Under the pieces are notes generated by a model that worked only from the letters and a program-made list of their open reading frames with translations, was not told the origin of the DNA and ran no database searches. Positions 13,701 through 25,700 of a stretch of 64,000 bases of DNA are shown here, piece after piece; position 1 is the stretch's first letter; each line of letters starts with the position of its first letter. Source of the DNA: Carcharhinus longimanus (lineage: Eukaryota); assembly GCA_030264375.1 (NCBI GenBank), contig JASCQW010000043.1, positions 72,125,124-72,189,123 of the forward strand, read 5' to 3'. A program made the translations under genes and the position numbers.

Positions 13701-16700
13701 TGCCTAATTCCTGAAGGATTATGTTCACATATATTTGGTATTGATACAACCTTCATCATATTCTGTGTAACACTGGATTTAATTAACATAATTTGCTTTT
13801 CTCTCTAGTTCCTCCTCGGATAATGTTGTTGGGTGAGGCAATCCCAGACCACCGTTGGTGCATTCCTTTCAGTGTAACAGGCAACCCGCCACCCAAAATT
13901 CAATGGTATCACAATAATTATCCTCTGAATGAGACCGATTTTATACTGACACAAATTCATGAGGAGAATATCAGCGAGCAACATGGTTGCCTGCAGCTGG
14001 ACAATCCAACCCATCTGAACAATGGGAATTACACCCTATACATTTATAATGATTTAGGGCAGGATAAGGGCACAGTATATGCTCACTTCATGCATCATCC
14101 TCCTGGTTCAGGTGGGTATTTTCTCATTGTTGGTCGTTATTATTGCCACTTTATTTTGTTATTCTATTTTTTTAAATTCAGGGCAGGTTTTTTCTCCCAC
14201 TCTGTGGCATGTTTCGCGGTGACAGGAGGTGCACACATTCTCTGATGACAGGATCTTATAGTACCACTGTTGTCAATGGATTTTGCATTGAATGCATCCC
14301 CTATCACCGGGAAACCTGTGATGGGGATATGTTGTCGGCAGCACCTTAAGATTCTGCTAGCATGAACAGGAGCAAGGTTTTTGTACCAGTTTCAAAGTGA
14401 GTTGTTAATTAGATGTCTTTACCAGTCCCATTACCGTTCCAATCTCATCTCTGTAAATGGCAGTAACACAAGAATTCAGTCTGTTGTAGAGGTCTGTTTC
14501 ACATGATAGATATAGATCAGAATGGCAAGGGTCATCCATTAAACATTTAGTGTACTTTTGGATGATAGCGAAGCCAAAGATTTGGTTGTGAAACTTTGTG
14601 CATCACATCAAAATAAGAGGTTTTATCCTGACTCAGAATCCGTGAAGGCAGAAATTAAACATAATGTAAAAATGTAAAACTAACTTGGTTCATGCACTAA
14701 ATTTAAAAATAATCAGTGGGGTAAAAAATTTGCCTTGGGTAAAGATGCAGCACAGATGGGATCACATCTGCTGTTGGTTGTGCACTCTTCCTAATATTCT
14801 GTTCCATTGACTTCTCACAACGATTGGCATCAAGAATTAAACATTCTGCTTTTGGTAAGTGTACTTTGAACAAGTATGTCACAAATTAGAATTGTTTGTG
14901 GGCAGAGCATCATGAAACAGATTTTACAGTCATTGACAGTACAATTTTGTCCGCTAGTTAAGTATTAAATAAAACAAACCTGCTAATGTTTTATTAATGC
15001 AAAGGCTTAAATTCAGACACTTTGCAACTTTTTTGAACGAATGTGTAGAATGATTGCCCAGGTTGAAGTGTGTACTTCACACATGAGACGCATTGTTGGT
15101 ACATGGATATCACTTTCCAAGACTACGTTCTTTGCTTACTGAAGAAGGTTTACTGCAATAACTCTGAAAACAATTTTACAATATTCTATCCCTTCCCATT
15201 AAGAAGGAAATAATGTGGTGGTATGTACGGTTCTTTGACAGATAAACATGGCTACGTGTACTGAGTAATGATGTAATCATTTATATGGTTTTTTAAAATC
15301 TTTTTTTATAAATCTCTTTTTCCAATACATCATGCCCTCTTTTGAGAAACTAGCTACATTTTTCCTTTTGTTGTCCATTTTGTTTTGATTTACGTTTAAT
15401 ATTTCATATTACTGCTATTTTGTTATAGTTTACAACAACTCTGGTAGCACTTCAACATTTTGTACAATCCTATTATTCCCTTCTTAAATTTTATTATTTT
15501 TCATCCTGTGTGCTTTCAAGCTGATGGCCTATTAGTTGTGTCAGTATTTTCACTTTTCAGCTTCATAGTCGCCCAGTAGTGTTACTCTCAGTGCCACACA
15601 TCATTGGGATGATTCCCATAAAATTGCACTTGTGGAAATGATGTATAGAATGTATTATATTACTCTGAAATTGATAAACCATCTGCCCATAGTACACACT
15701 CAATGTTTTCTGATCACATCTGCGAGTCATAATTGTTGTTCCTGGTTTGGAGAATGACCTAATGATTTAAAAGCATTGGATAAATATTTTAAATGTGCAA
15801 TCTTACTTTTGCAGCTGATAAAGAGGCAGCATGAGGGGGGCTGCAACACATGACTCAACTCACATCACATAAGGAGAGACAGATGATTGTATGTTATTAA
15901 TCCTGAATTTGGATTCTTGAGGTGTTTGAACATTTCCAGGCAGTTAGTTCCCAATGAATTTGCCATTTTGAAACAAATCCAGATATTATCTTGAATTCTA
16001 ATTAGTCACAGATCCTTATTTTTCAGGATTTCAATGTATTTGCCCCATTGGAAAATTATTTATGTGTGAAACTGCTGGTTTTTGTCCATTTTCCCACGAT
16101 AATTGTTATTTTTAAATTTTCAACCAAACATTGATCACATAGATCTATACAATGAAATAACTATAATGAAGGCACAAATTAGGATCGGACAGGACTTCTG
16201 ATAATAAAGTTTTCAGAAGTGACAAGGCAGAACCATAGAAACCCTACAGTGCAGAAGTAGGCCATTCAGCCCATCGAGTCTGCACTGACAACAATCCCAC
16301 CCAGGACCTATCCCCGTAATGCCATATATTTATTTCACTAATCTCTCTAACCTATGCATCCTGGGACACTAAGGGGCAATTTAGCATGGCTAATGTACCT
16401 AACCTGACATTTTTGGACTCTGGGAGGAAACCAGAGCACCCAGAGGAAACCCATGCAGATACGAGGATGACAGTAGCAAAAGAGAATTTTACTGCAGAAT
16501 TCTGGGGATTGTATTAAGATAAAATCCATATGGATAGCGTTAAGAACTAGAACAAGAGATGATAACGTTTTCTATGTCCATTGCAGTGCACCAGACAATG
16601 AAGGCTTCAGAGGTGTTAATAAGCAGACTGTTGAAAGAAATTGTGCAAAAACAACAGGGCAATATTTTTAACTGTCCCAGGATGGACTGAAATAAAGTAA

Positions 16701-19700
16701 TGCATGGGATCAAAGTAGGGAACACTTTTTAGAATTTATGCAGACTGCTTCCTAGAAGAGTAAGCCTCTGGTCCAACAAGAAAACACATACTTCTAAGAA
16801 ATGTAGGCCAAATAACTGATATGAGAGCAGGAGAAAGTGGCCACAACTGAGTTAGGTTCAACATAAGAAAATAGAACAATGAAGAATCAAAAATCAGGCT
16901 ATTGGAATAGTAAAGAGTAAAGTCCAGAGTGATAAGAAGGGATTTTATCCAAATTAATTGGTCAGTAAAGGTGGAGAACAAATTGGATCAGTAGTGGGAA
17001 ATCTTTGAATCCAAACTGTATTGTGAATATATTTCATAGAGCAAAAAAGGATAATATGAGAATAGGTTAGTCGGTTACATAAAAGGGTAAAGGTTTTTAA
17101 TGATATATAAGTAAACGAATAACTATAAAGAGAGACACCCTCAAGAATGAAAGATATGTGTGGTCACTAAGGAGAGCGAGGTGAGCCCTCTCCTGCTGGA
17201 TCACAATACAATACTGAAGCCTATTGTAGTTGGAAGCTCAATGATACCTCATTGGGAAGCCCCATAATTCCAAGGATAGTTCTGGGGGAGCAGAGATGTG
17301 ATTAGAAAGATGGTCCCTTATTTCTCCTTTGTATTAAATTTCTGAAGATTAATAAACAAAATGACAAATCTGTGGTTCTAAAATATTTGTGCCTGATTCT
17401 GCACTTTTTGAAATCTAGGCAATGAACCAATCACAGATCCTGAATTTTATGGTAAGTAATGCAACATGCAATGTTTTCCTATTTATTGTAAGACATAAAT
17501 GAGAGAAAAAATATCTATGCATTCAGATGACAAACTTCTGGAAAGTCTCAATAGAGATGATCACACAGCACAACAGTGCCTATAATTTCATACTATTATA
17601 GACATAAATTAGTAACTTGATTCAAAGTGGTCGCAGGATGACTGCTGTATGAAATTGCATCTTTCTCAGAACAGTCTTATTCTACACCTGACCTGTGTGT
17701 CCTTGTTGCTGATAGTGAGCTTCTGCAATGGAAGCTGTGCTGTTCCCCAGAATTAACAATTCTTCTGTTAATGAGCACAAAAAATGGATGAAATAAAATA
17801 AAAAATTCCGATTGCAGAGAAATTAGTTTTAGTATTTTCTAAGGTGTTCTGTGAAAAGAACATTAGAAACAATATCAATAATGACCCCTTGAAATACCCT
17901 ATAATTCAAAAAGATACTGGTTGAACACTTTTTTTTACTTTCCTGCTTTATCTCCTTATTTCTTGATTCTCTTTGTACCCAAGGCTCTATTGGTCTCAGC
18001 CTTGAATGCATCAATGACTGACTTTCCACAAACATTAGGGTAGAGAATTCCAAACATTCACAACCCTTTGAGTGAAGATATTTTTCCTCATCTCAGTTCC
18101 AAGTGGCTGAGAAAATGGCAGGTATTTTACAACCTCACTCGGGAGAGGCTCGTAAAATCCTACCCGAGGCCAACGAGAATTTCATTCTGCGAGACATGCC
18201 CGCCCCAATTCCAGGGCAGGCATGGTGGTAAAATTCTGGCAATGACCAATAACTAGTACTGGACTATCACCAAGTGAAACATCTGATAGCATCTACCCTG
18301 TCAGGCCCTTTAAAAATGTTATATATTTCAATGATTCATTTTACTAAACTCTAAAGAACATAGGATCTATTCAATCTCTCCTCGTAAATTAGCCCTCTCA
18401 TTCGAGGAATCAATGATGTGGAAATGCTGGTGTTGGACTGGGGTGGGCACAATAAGAAGTCTCACAACACCAGTTAAATTCCAACAGGTTTATTTGGTAG
18501 CATGCGCTTTTGGCGCACTGCTCTTTTATCAGGTGAGCCCTGATGAAGGAGCAGCGCTCCGAAAACCCATGCTACCAAATAAAACTGTTGGATTTTAATC
18601 TGATGTTGTGACCAGGAATGAATTCAGTGAATCTTTATTATACCCTATTAAGACAAACCTAGCGATGGAGTCCGAAATGTATATGGTAAATTGAGTCATT
18701 TAGAGTAAGCATGACACTTGTCGGTGGGATCTTCTGGCCTTGTTGCTGTCAATGGGATTTCTGGCTGGTGTTTTTTCATTCTGACTGAAAGCTGCAGCCT
18801 GTTTTTTGCATTGTTAAAGGGCTGGGGATTTAAATAAGTTCAGATGACGATACCTAACAGATCTTATTCATCTGTCGGAGCGTTTGTGACTCCTACATAA
18901 ATTAGTGATTGCAGGCTAAGGTTCTTGGAACGGCAAAAGTTGTGTCTTTTTGAACTCAGCATTAATCTCAAATGGTGCTTCTGAATTTGGGTTTCCCACC
19001 TGTGTGATTCATGCCATACCCCACCCACTTCCCCCTGCTGGCAGGAAGTAGGGTAAGACTTCCACATCCATTTTGAAAGGCCTCCAGAGTTGGTACAATT
19101 CTGTGAAAATCTGGCCCAATGTAAGGAAGGAATTGTAAATTATAATGAATCTATTCAGGAAATAATTTGTTTTGTATTCTATTGACGTGTGACAGAATTT
19201 TACCACCTCCTCCACCTGAGGCTTGTAAGATCCTGTCCGAGGCCAATGGAGAATGCCATTCTGCAAGCCTCATCCACCCCAATTCCGGGGCAGGAGTGCC
19301 GGTAAAATTCCAGCCGTGATGTCTGATCTCATTACTGAAATGATGGGCTATTTTGCTGTCAGACTTTGTTCAAGTTCCCATATCTATTTATCTCAGTTTT
19401 ATATTTCTGACAACATAGAATATAACTAAAGGAATGAAAATGTTACAGGGATCATATTAGATATAATTTAATGTATTTAAGGGAAAACTAGATAAGTAAC
19501 TGATGGAGAAAGCAATAAAAGGATAGACTGATGGAGTGAGATGAAACAGGGTGGCAGGAGTCTTCTTTGGAACATAAACACCAGCATAAACCATTGGGGC
19601 TGAATGGTCTTCGTCTGTGCTATAGATTCTATAAAGTTCCATATGATTAAATTTATGCTGGAATTCTCCAGCCTCCCCATGGCGGTTTTCTTGGTGGCGG

Positions 19701-22700
19701 GAGGCAGTGCACTGTTGACTGGCAGCAGAAATCTTCTGATCCCATTCAATCCCACCACTGTCAATGGGCTTTCCCCTTGATTCCACCCTACACTGCCAGG
19801 AAAGGCATAATGGAGTTGTGAAGCAGCAAGATCAGAAGATCCCACCAGTGTGAAGAGTCGGACAACAGCACCTATTGAATTTATTTAGAAAATAATGTAA
19901 TTTTGTTAAGTACTTTTACAGGAAAGATTGTTTTAAATAAAGCTTCTTGATACCTCTATTGTCACTTGTGGCCAAATGATAGATTATGGATTAATGGGGC
20001 AGTATGGAGTAGTGATAGTGGTAGACTTAGAAATGTGCACTGGAAGAAGTGCTGAGAACTAATGGGAAGGATTGATGGGCTGAAATCCTCAAAAAAATAT
20101 AGAAAAAATCTTATGGAGGTATTGTCAGGAAACGATTAAAGCAGGTTGACATCGGACAATGATTTGTACTTCTATAATGTTCTTATAAGCATACTAAGAT
20201 CTTAGCAAACTTTGTCAGTTGGCCAAAGCAGGTAATAAAACATCAAAATATTTGATATGTCTCTCACTTCCAGGTGCATATGACCAGCTTGAGGAACTCT
20301 TTGGTGTGACCTCTGACAATTCAACTGCAATTGGCCCACCTAGTGTCACTGAAAAGACAATGGAAGATGGCATTGCTGTAAGTAACATTGGAGAAGATTA
20401 GTGCCTGATAGATCAGATTGCCTGTTACAATTGGGTAAAAGTAGAGAGCCAGGCTTCTATTTCTACATCATCTTTCATAACCTCAGATGCTGCAAAACTC
20501 AATACAGTCAGAGAATCACTTCTGATGTGTGTTGACTGTTGGAATGTAAGAAATGTGGTGGCCAAGTTTCAAATAGCAAGGTACCATAAACAGTGATGTT
20601 GGTTGAGGACTAACCATTGATCAGTACAGAGAGAACAATTCCCCTGTTCTTCGTTAAGATATAGCCAGGGGATTTTTACACCATCCAGGAAGGTGAAATG
20701 GAGCCTCATTTTAATGTTGCATCCAGAAGAAATTGTACAGCGACAGTACAGCCACAGTACAGCAATCATTCAGTGCAGTCAGCTAATATTATACGCTCAA
20801 TTCTCTGGAGTGGGACCACAACCTTCTGATCCAGAGGGGCAGAGTGCTTAGCCAAGATTAGATGGAAGTCATTTAGATATTTGATAGCATAATAATTGAG
20901 ATCATATTAAATGCTGGGATGGAGGGAGATAGATTATTATATCTTTCTGACCACTGTGATACCAAAGAATTCCTATAAGAAAATGACAAGGAAGGCATGT
21001 GCCATGATCAGTCTTCATTGAAGTTGCACCATTGTTGTCACACTCTGGTCACCAACCCTGAGATTATCATGCAGCAGATCAATTACCTTCAGCTACATGG
21101 CTATACTCATTGGAATTTAGAAGAATGAGGGTAGATCTTTTAGAACATATAAGATTATGAAGGGAATAGATAAGATAGAAGTAGGGAAGTTGTTTCCACT
21201 GGCGAGTGAAACTAGAACTAGGGGGTATAGGCTCAAAATAAGGGGAGGCAGATTTAGGACTGAGTTGAGGAGGAACTTCCTCACACAAAGGGCTGTGAAT
21301 CTGTGGAATTCCCTGCCCAGTGAAGCAGTTGAGGCTACCTCATTGAATGTTTTTAAGNNNNNNNNTTTTAAGATGATTTTTGAACAGTAAAGGAATTAAG
21401 GGTTATGGTGAGTGGGCGGGTAAGTGGAGCTGCGTCCATAAAAAGATCAACCATGACCTTATTGAATGGTGGAGCAGGTTCAAGGGGCTAGATGGCCTAC
21501 TCCTGCTCCTAGTTCTTATGTTCTTATGTTCAGGATTTATAATCATTTACAGTATGAAAACAGGCCCTTCAGCCCAATTTGTCCATGCTGTCCTTTTTTT
21601 AACCACTAAGTTAGTCCCAAATATCCGCATTCTCTCTATACTCATCTTACCCATATAACTGCCAAAGTGCTTTTTAAAAGACAAAATTGTACCCGCCTGT
21701 ACTACTACCTCTGGCAGCTTGTTCCAGACACTCTCTATTAAAAAAAATTCATTGATTTTTTAAACAAAATTGATGTCAAAGAGAGTTCCAAGTTTTAGCA
21801 TGTTCATTAATCCAAAATTAAAAATGCAAATAATATAATTTCCTCAGAGCCTGGACGATATCTTGTTAATATTCCCAATGGATGTATTTTGCAATATGTC
21901 ATTGTAATTGTTTCATTGAATATTTTTACATCTTTGCAACTTCACGGCACCGATCAACTCCATCATGTTGATTCTTAAGGCACAGTTGTAAATAACCCAA
22001 CATGGAACTACTTTTTTTGAAGTAAAAGAAAGCAAGGAGAAATTGTCTTGGATTGCATTGCAAAACCATTCACATAATCAGCAGTAATAAAGTTAAAATG
22101 TATTTTTGAAAAATTGATACATTGTTTTATTTTCCCTTTGCAACGTCAACATAAGAAGCACATGGGTACTTACACCCAGTGCCAAATGGAAAGCTTAGGA
22201 ATCACGCTGAGATTCCCAGCTGAGCAGCTGCTGATACTGACTGTGCTATCAGTGGGAGCTATCAAGTGGAGATGCCTCTCCACAGAAAGGAAGGGGGTAT
22301 TGATGAGTTAGTGCTTGTGCAATCTCTGAGCAGCCAGATACACTGGTAAAGCAGTTCAGCTGCTGATTAATGCTCTGGGATGTAGAACTGGTAAAAAAGG
22401 GAGAAAAGTGCGAAGGGATAAGAAAAAAAATCTCAGATGGCTTCCACAGCTTGGCTAACACCTACTAGATATCAGGAATTAAGTTCAACACCGTTCCTGA
22501 AACCTAAATTCTGTTTGCTAGATAACCGTAGTACATTTTTGAGGATCTGCAGCCTGTGATCACCAGGAGCGCCTTTGTTCTTTTACTACTCACAACGTGA
22601 AGTAATGATTTGTACCTTTATTCTGATTTTCTCGTCCATTTTTATGGAGATTTAGGACAATATGTAGCTGCAAGGCCTTACGTAGCAGAGCTGGATGAAT

Positions 22701-25700
22701 GCACGCTCAGGATAGGGTTTAGGATTAGAAACGAGTAAACATAGACCAAAATAAAATGGTTACTTCATGAAACACAATGGATAAATCATTGAACAATGGT
22801 CTCTCCCTTTGAGCGGGACAGCTGAATCGTGGTGATTTAATCTGAAGGTCACCACACTTCAGGTGAGGGGCAAGGTTGAGAAGGCAGGCCATCATGAATA
22901 ATTTCAACCAGTACAGGAATTGAACCACACTGTTCACATTACTCTGCATTACAGAGAAGCTGTTCAACCAACTGAGCTAAATCCAAGTACAGTATTTTAA
23001 ACTCCCAGTGAGTTTTGGGTGGTTGAATGGTGAGGGAAAATGGAAAGTCACCTGTTGCCTCAGGATTCAGGCCTGAGCTATTTAACGCCCAGTTTCCTAG
23101 GTCTGTGAAATTGGGCAGCCATACACTGCCCATCTGCACTCGGGGAAGCTGCTGCTGGAAGGTCCTCACAGTATGGAAGGGGCAGGGCCACACTGGTTAT
23201 CTGAAATAGGAGATCTAAACATTCCTTGTAGAACCTGGAAGGGAGCTTGTGATGGCAAGGCAAAGGAAAGCATAAAACCTAGCTTTTAGGCCCTCTTCAC
23301 CTGCCTGTCAAGCCCCAACGCTCTTTCATCTGATAGGAAAGCCAAAGCAACCCCACCACTAAAGGCTGAGTAAAAATTGCACGAGGAATTCCACAACATG
23401 AACAGACCCTGATCTCCATATTTCCAAGCACTGCACTGACTTTGGCTGGGTTGTGTAATATTGGTCCAGTACGCTGTATAGAAATTGAAGAAAATGCTGG
23501 AAAATCTCAGTAGGTCTGACAGCATCTGTGTAGAGAGAATAGAGCACTTTTGAGGGGTCATCCAAACACGAAACGTTGGCTCTATTCTTTCTCCACAGAA
23601 TCTGTCAGAGTTGCTGAGACTTTCCAGCAGTTTTTGTTTTAGTTTCAGATTCCAGCATCCGCAGTAATTTGCTTTTATATTTGCATTAAAATTGCAATTG
23701 GTGGGGTGTGGGTGGCTTGATGGGGGATAAGTCATCTCTGATTTTTACCACGCATATGGTGAAAACGACCTAATCTGCATGTTTGCTACTTGTGTACAGA
23801 GATATCAGAAAATCTGTTTAAAAGAAATAAATATTTGCTATGAAGGTTCTGATGGATAAACATTTTGAATTCAGTAACTGAATGGAGTAATAAACCTATG
23901 ATAATGACATTACTGCCAACTTATAGCAAACATCTGAGCACTAATCTTCATTAGCCGATAAAGAGTAGTGACAATGTACTTCATTATATATAAAGTAAGT
24001 CAATGCTGCCAGTCATAAAATGTTTATATCCACATTAACTTCAGAAATAAAAGTGCGGCTCATTGCATAATGTTGACTTATGTGAGTCACTCATGTTGCA
24101 CTGTCACCACATTCTGATTGTTTCAATTCCTCTACTGATCTCAGAGCAGCACTGTGTATTCAGAACTTAATGTGTGAATAACTGAGAGTCTGCAGCGATA
24201 TTCAACGAGAGTTTAACAGGCCTGTGTAAGTGTGTTTGCAGGCTTGGGAGTTAACAAAGCAGGCTGGTTTCAGTGACCCCTCTCTGCCTCTGGCTGCTTT
24301 CCCAAGGGGTGAGCTGAGTCTGATTGCAGCGGGAAGCCATTTACAGTCATTTGTGAAGTAATGGTAATTTTCCTCCCAAAATATCATTGTTCCAATGTCT
24401 TTTTCCTGCAGCCGTTTTGCTCCCCCTTCCTCTGAGGTTTTCAGCTCAGTAGCAGACTAACAGCCCAGTTGCTATGATAGCCACCACACACTCATGGCCC
24501 TCCCTCCCTCTCAACTTTTTCATCATCCCTTATTGGACAGTGAACCAAAAGGCAGCTGGTTGTCTTCCAGAAAGTTGATCCAGATGAGTTTCTTTGATAG
24601 ACATTTACAGACCCACTAATTGTCCTAATGGCCAGAAATTAGCTGGAAAACTAAAAATCCTAAAAAATGACAGGTGTTGTAATGGTCAGAATGATGGTAT
24701 GGTCAGGGGACATGGAGTTGGGGGTAGGGTGTTAGCGTGGATAGAGGACTGGTTGTCAAATAGGAGGCAGAGAGTNNNNNNNNNNNNNNNNNNNNNNNNN
24801 NNNNNNNNNNNNNNNNNNNNNNNNNNNNNNNNNNNNNNNNNNNNNNNNNNNNNNNNNNNNNNNNNNNNNNNNNNNGAGGGCGGGAATGTGGAACTGAGCC
24901 ACGACAGATCAGCCATGATCTTATTGAATGGCGGGGCAGGCTCGAAGGGCGATATGGCCTACTCCTGCTCCTATTTCTTATGTTCTTATGTTCTTATGTT
25001 ATCTGCACTGGTCTGTCAGACCTTTCCACACTACAATCCTCCCACACTCAGTTATCATTCTGGAGAGTCAGGAGTTCTACACCAGTACTGGGGGGAGGGT
25101 GGGGTGGGAGTAAGGGGAGCAGTGGGGTGGGTGGTGTGTATGTGTGTATGTTTGTAGCCTGAACATGCTGGTAAACATGGCATCAGAGGCCTCATGCCCC
25201 ATTTCGCAAGGGGTCAATGATCTCACATTACAATGGGAGAACTCCTCCCTCCCCCACGGACATTGGGAATATTCCCTTCATCAATGGCGTGTTCCCTTAC
25301 CCGCTCCCCAACAGATGTCACTGGCATTGAGCCCTTCTGATGGATTCCCCCTGCCTAACCCCCGACAGGTCCTTCCAATATGACTGCTGAAATGCCTCTC
25401 TATCAAGACTCCTGACATGATCCACCCCACATTACCTGTTGCACAGCCCTGCCACATGATCACCCTGCATCGCAGCACATCAAGCACTCAGCAAAAAACC
25501 ACCAGAGGACCATGACTCACATTGAATAATGAGACCTAATGCCAACCTAGCACAAAAACTAACTAGTCCCAGAGAAAGCCACAAACTGTGTTTCTTTTTC
25601 CTCTGTGGGGATGAGGAGCAGGAATGCTTATTTTAGGCCCTATGAATTTTTCCTGCCCCAGACAATCTCCACCTTTCCTGAAGAAAAATTCCCTAATGAA

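Noticed and set aside
14834-14860. Perfect donor TTG|gtaagt suggesting an extra microexon
   Set aside because: The nearest AG gives about 20 nt (frameshifting) with no Trk similarity.
22910-22982. tRNA gene on the minus strand
   Set aside because: A/B boxes are present but there is no clean cloverleaf and it continues into a SINE body; the same applies to the HE1-like heads.
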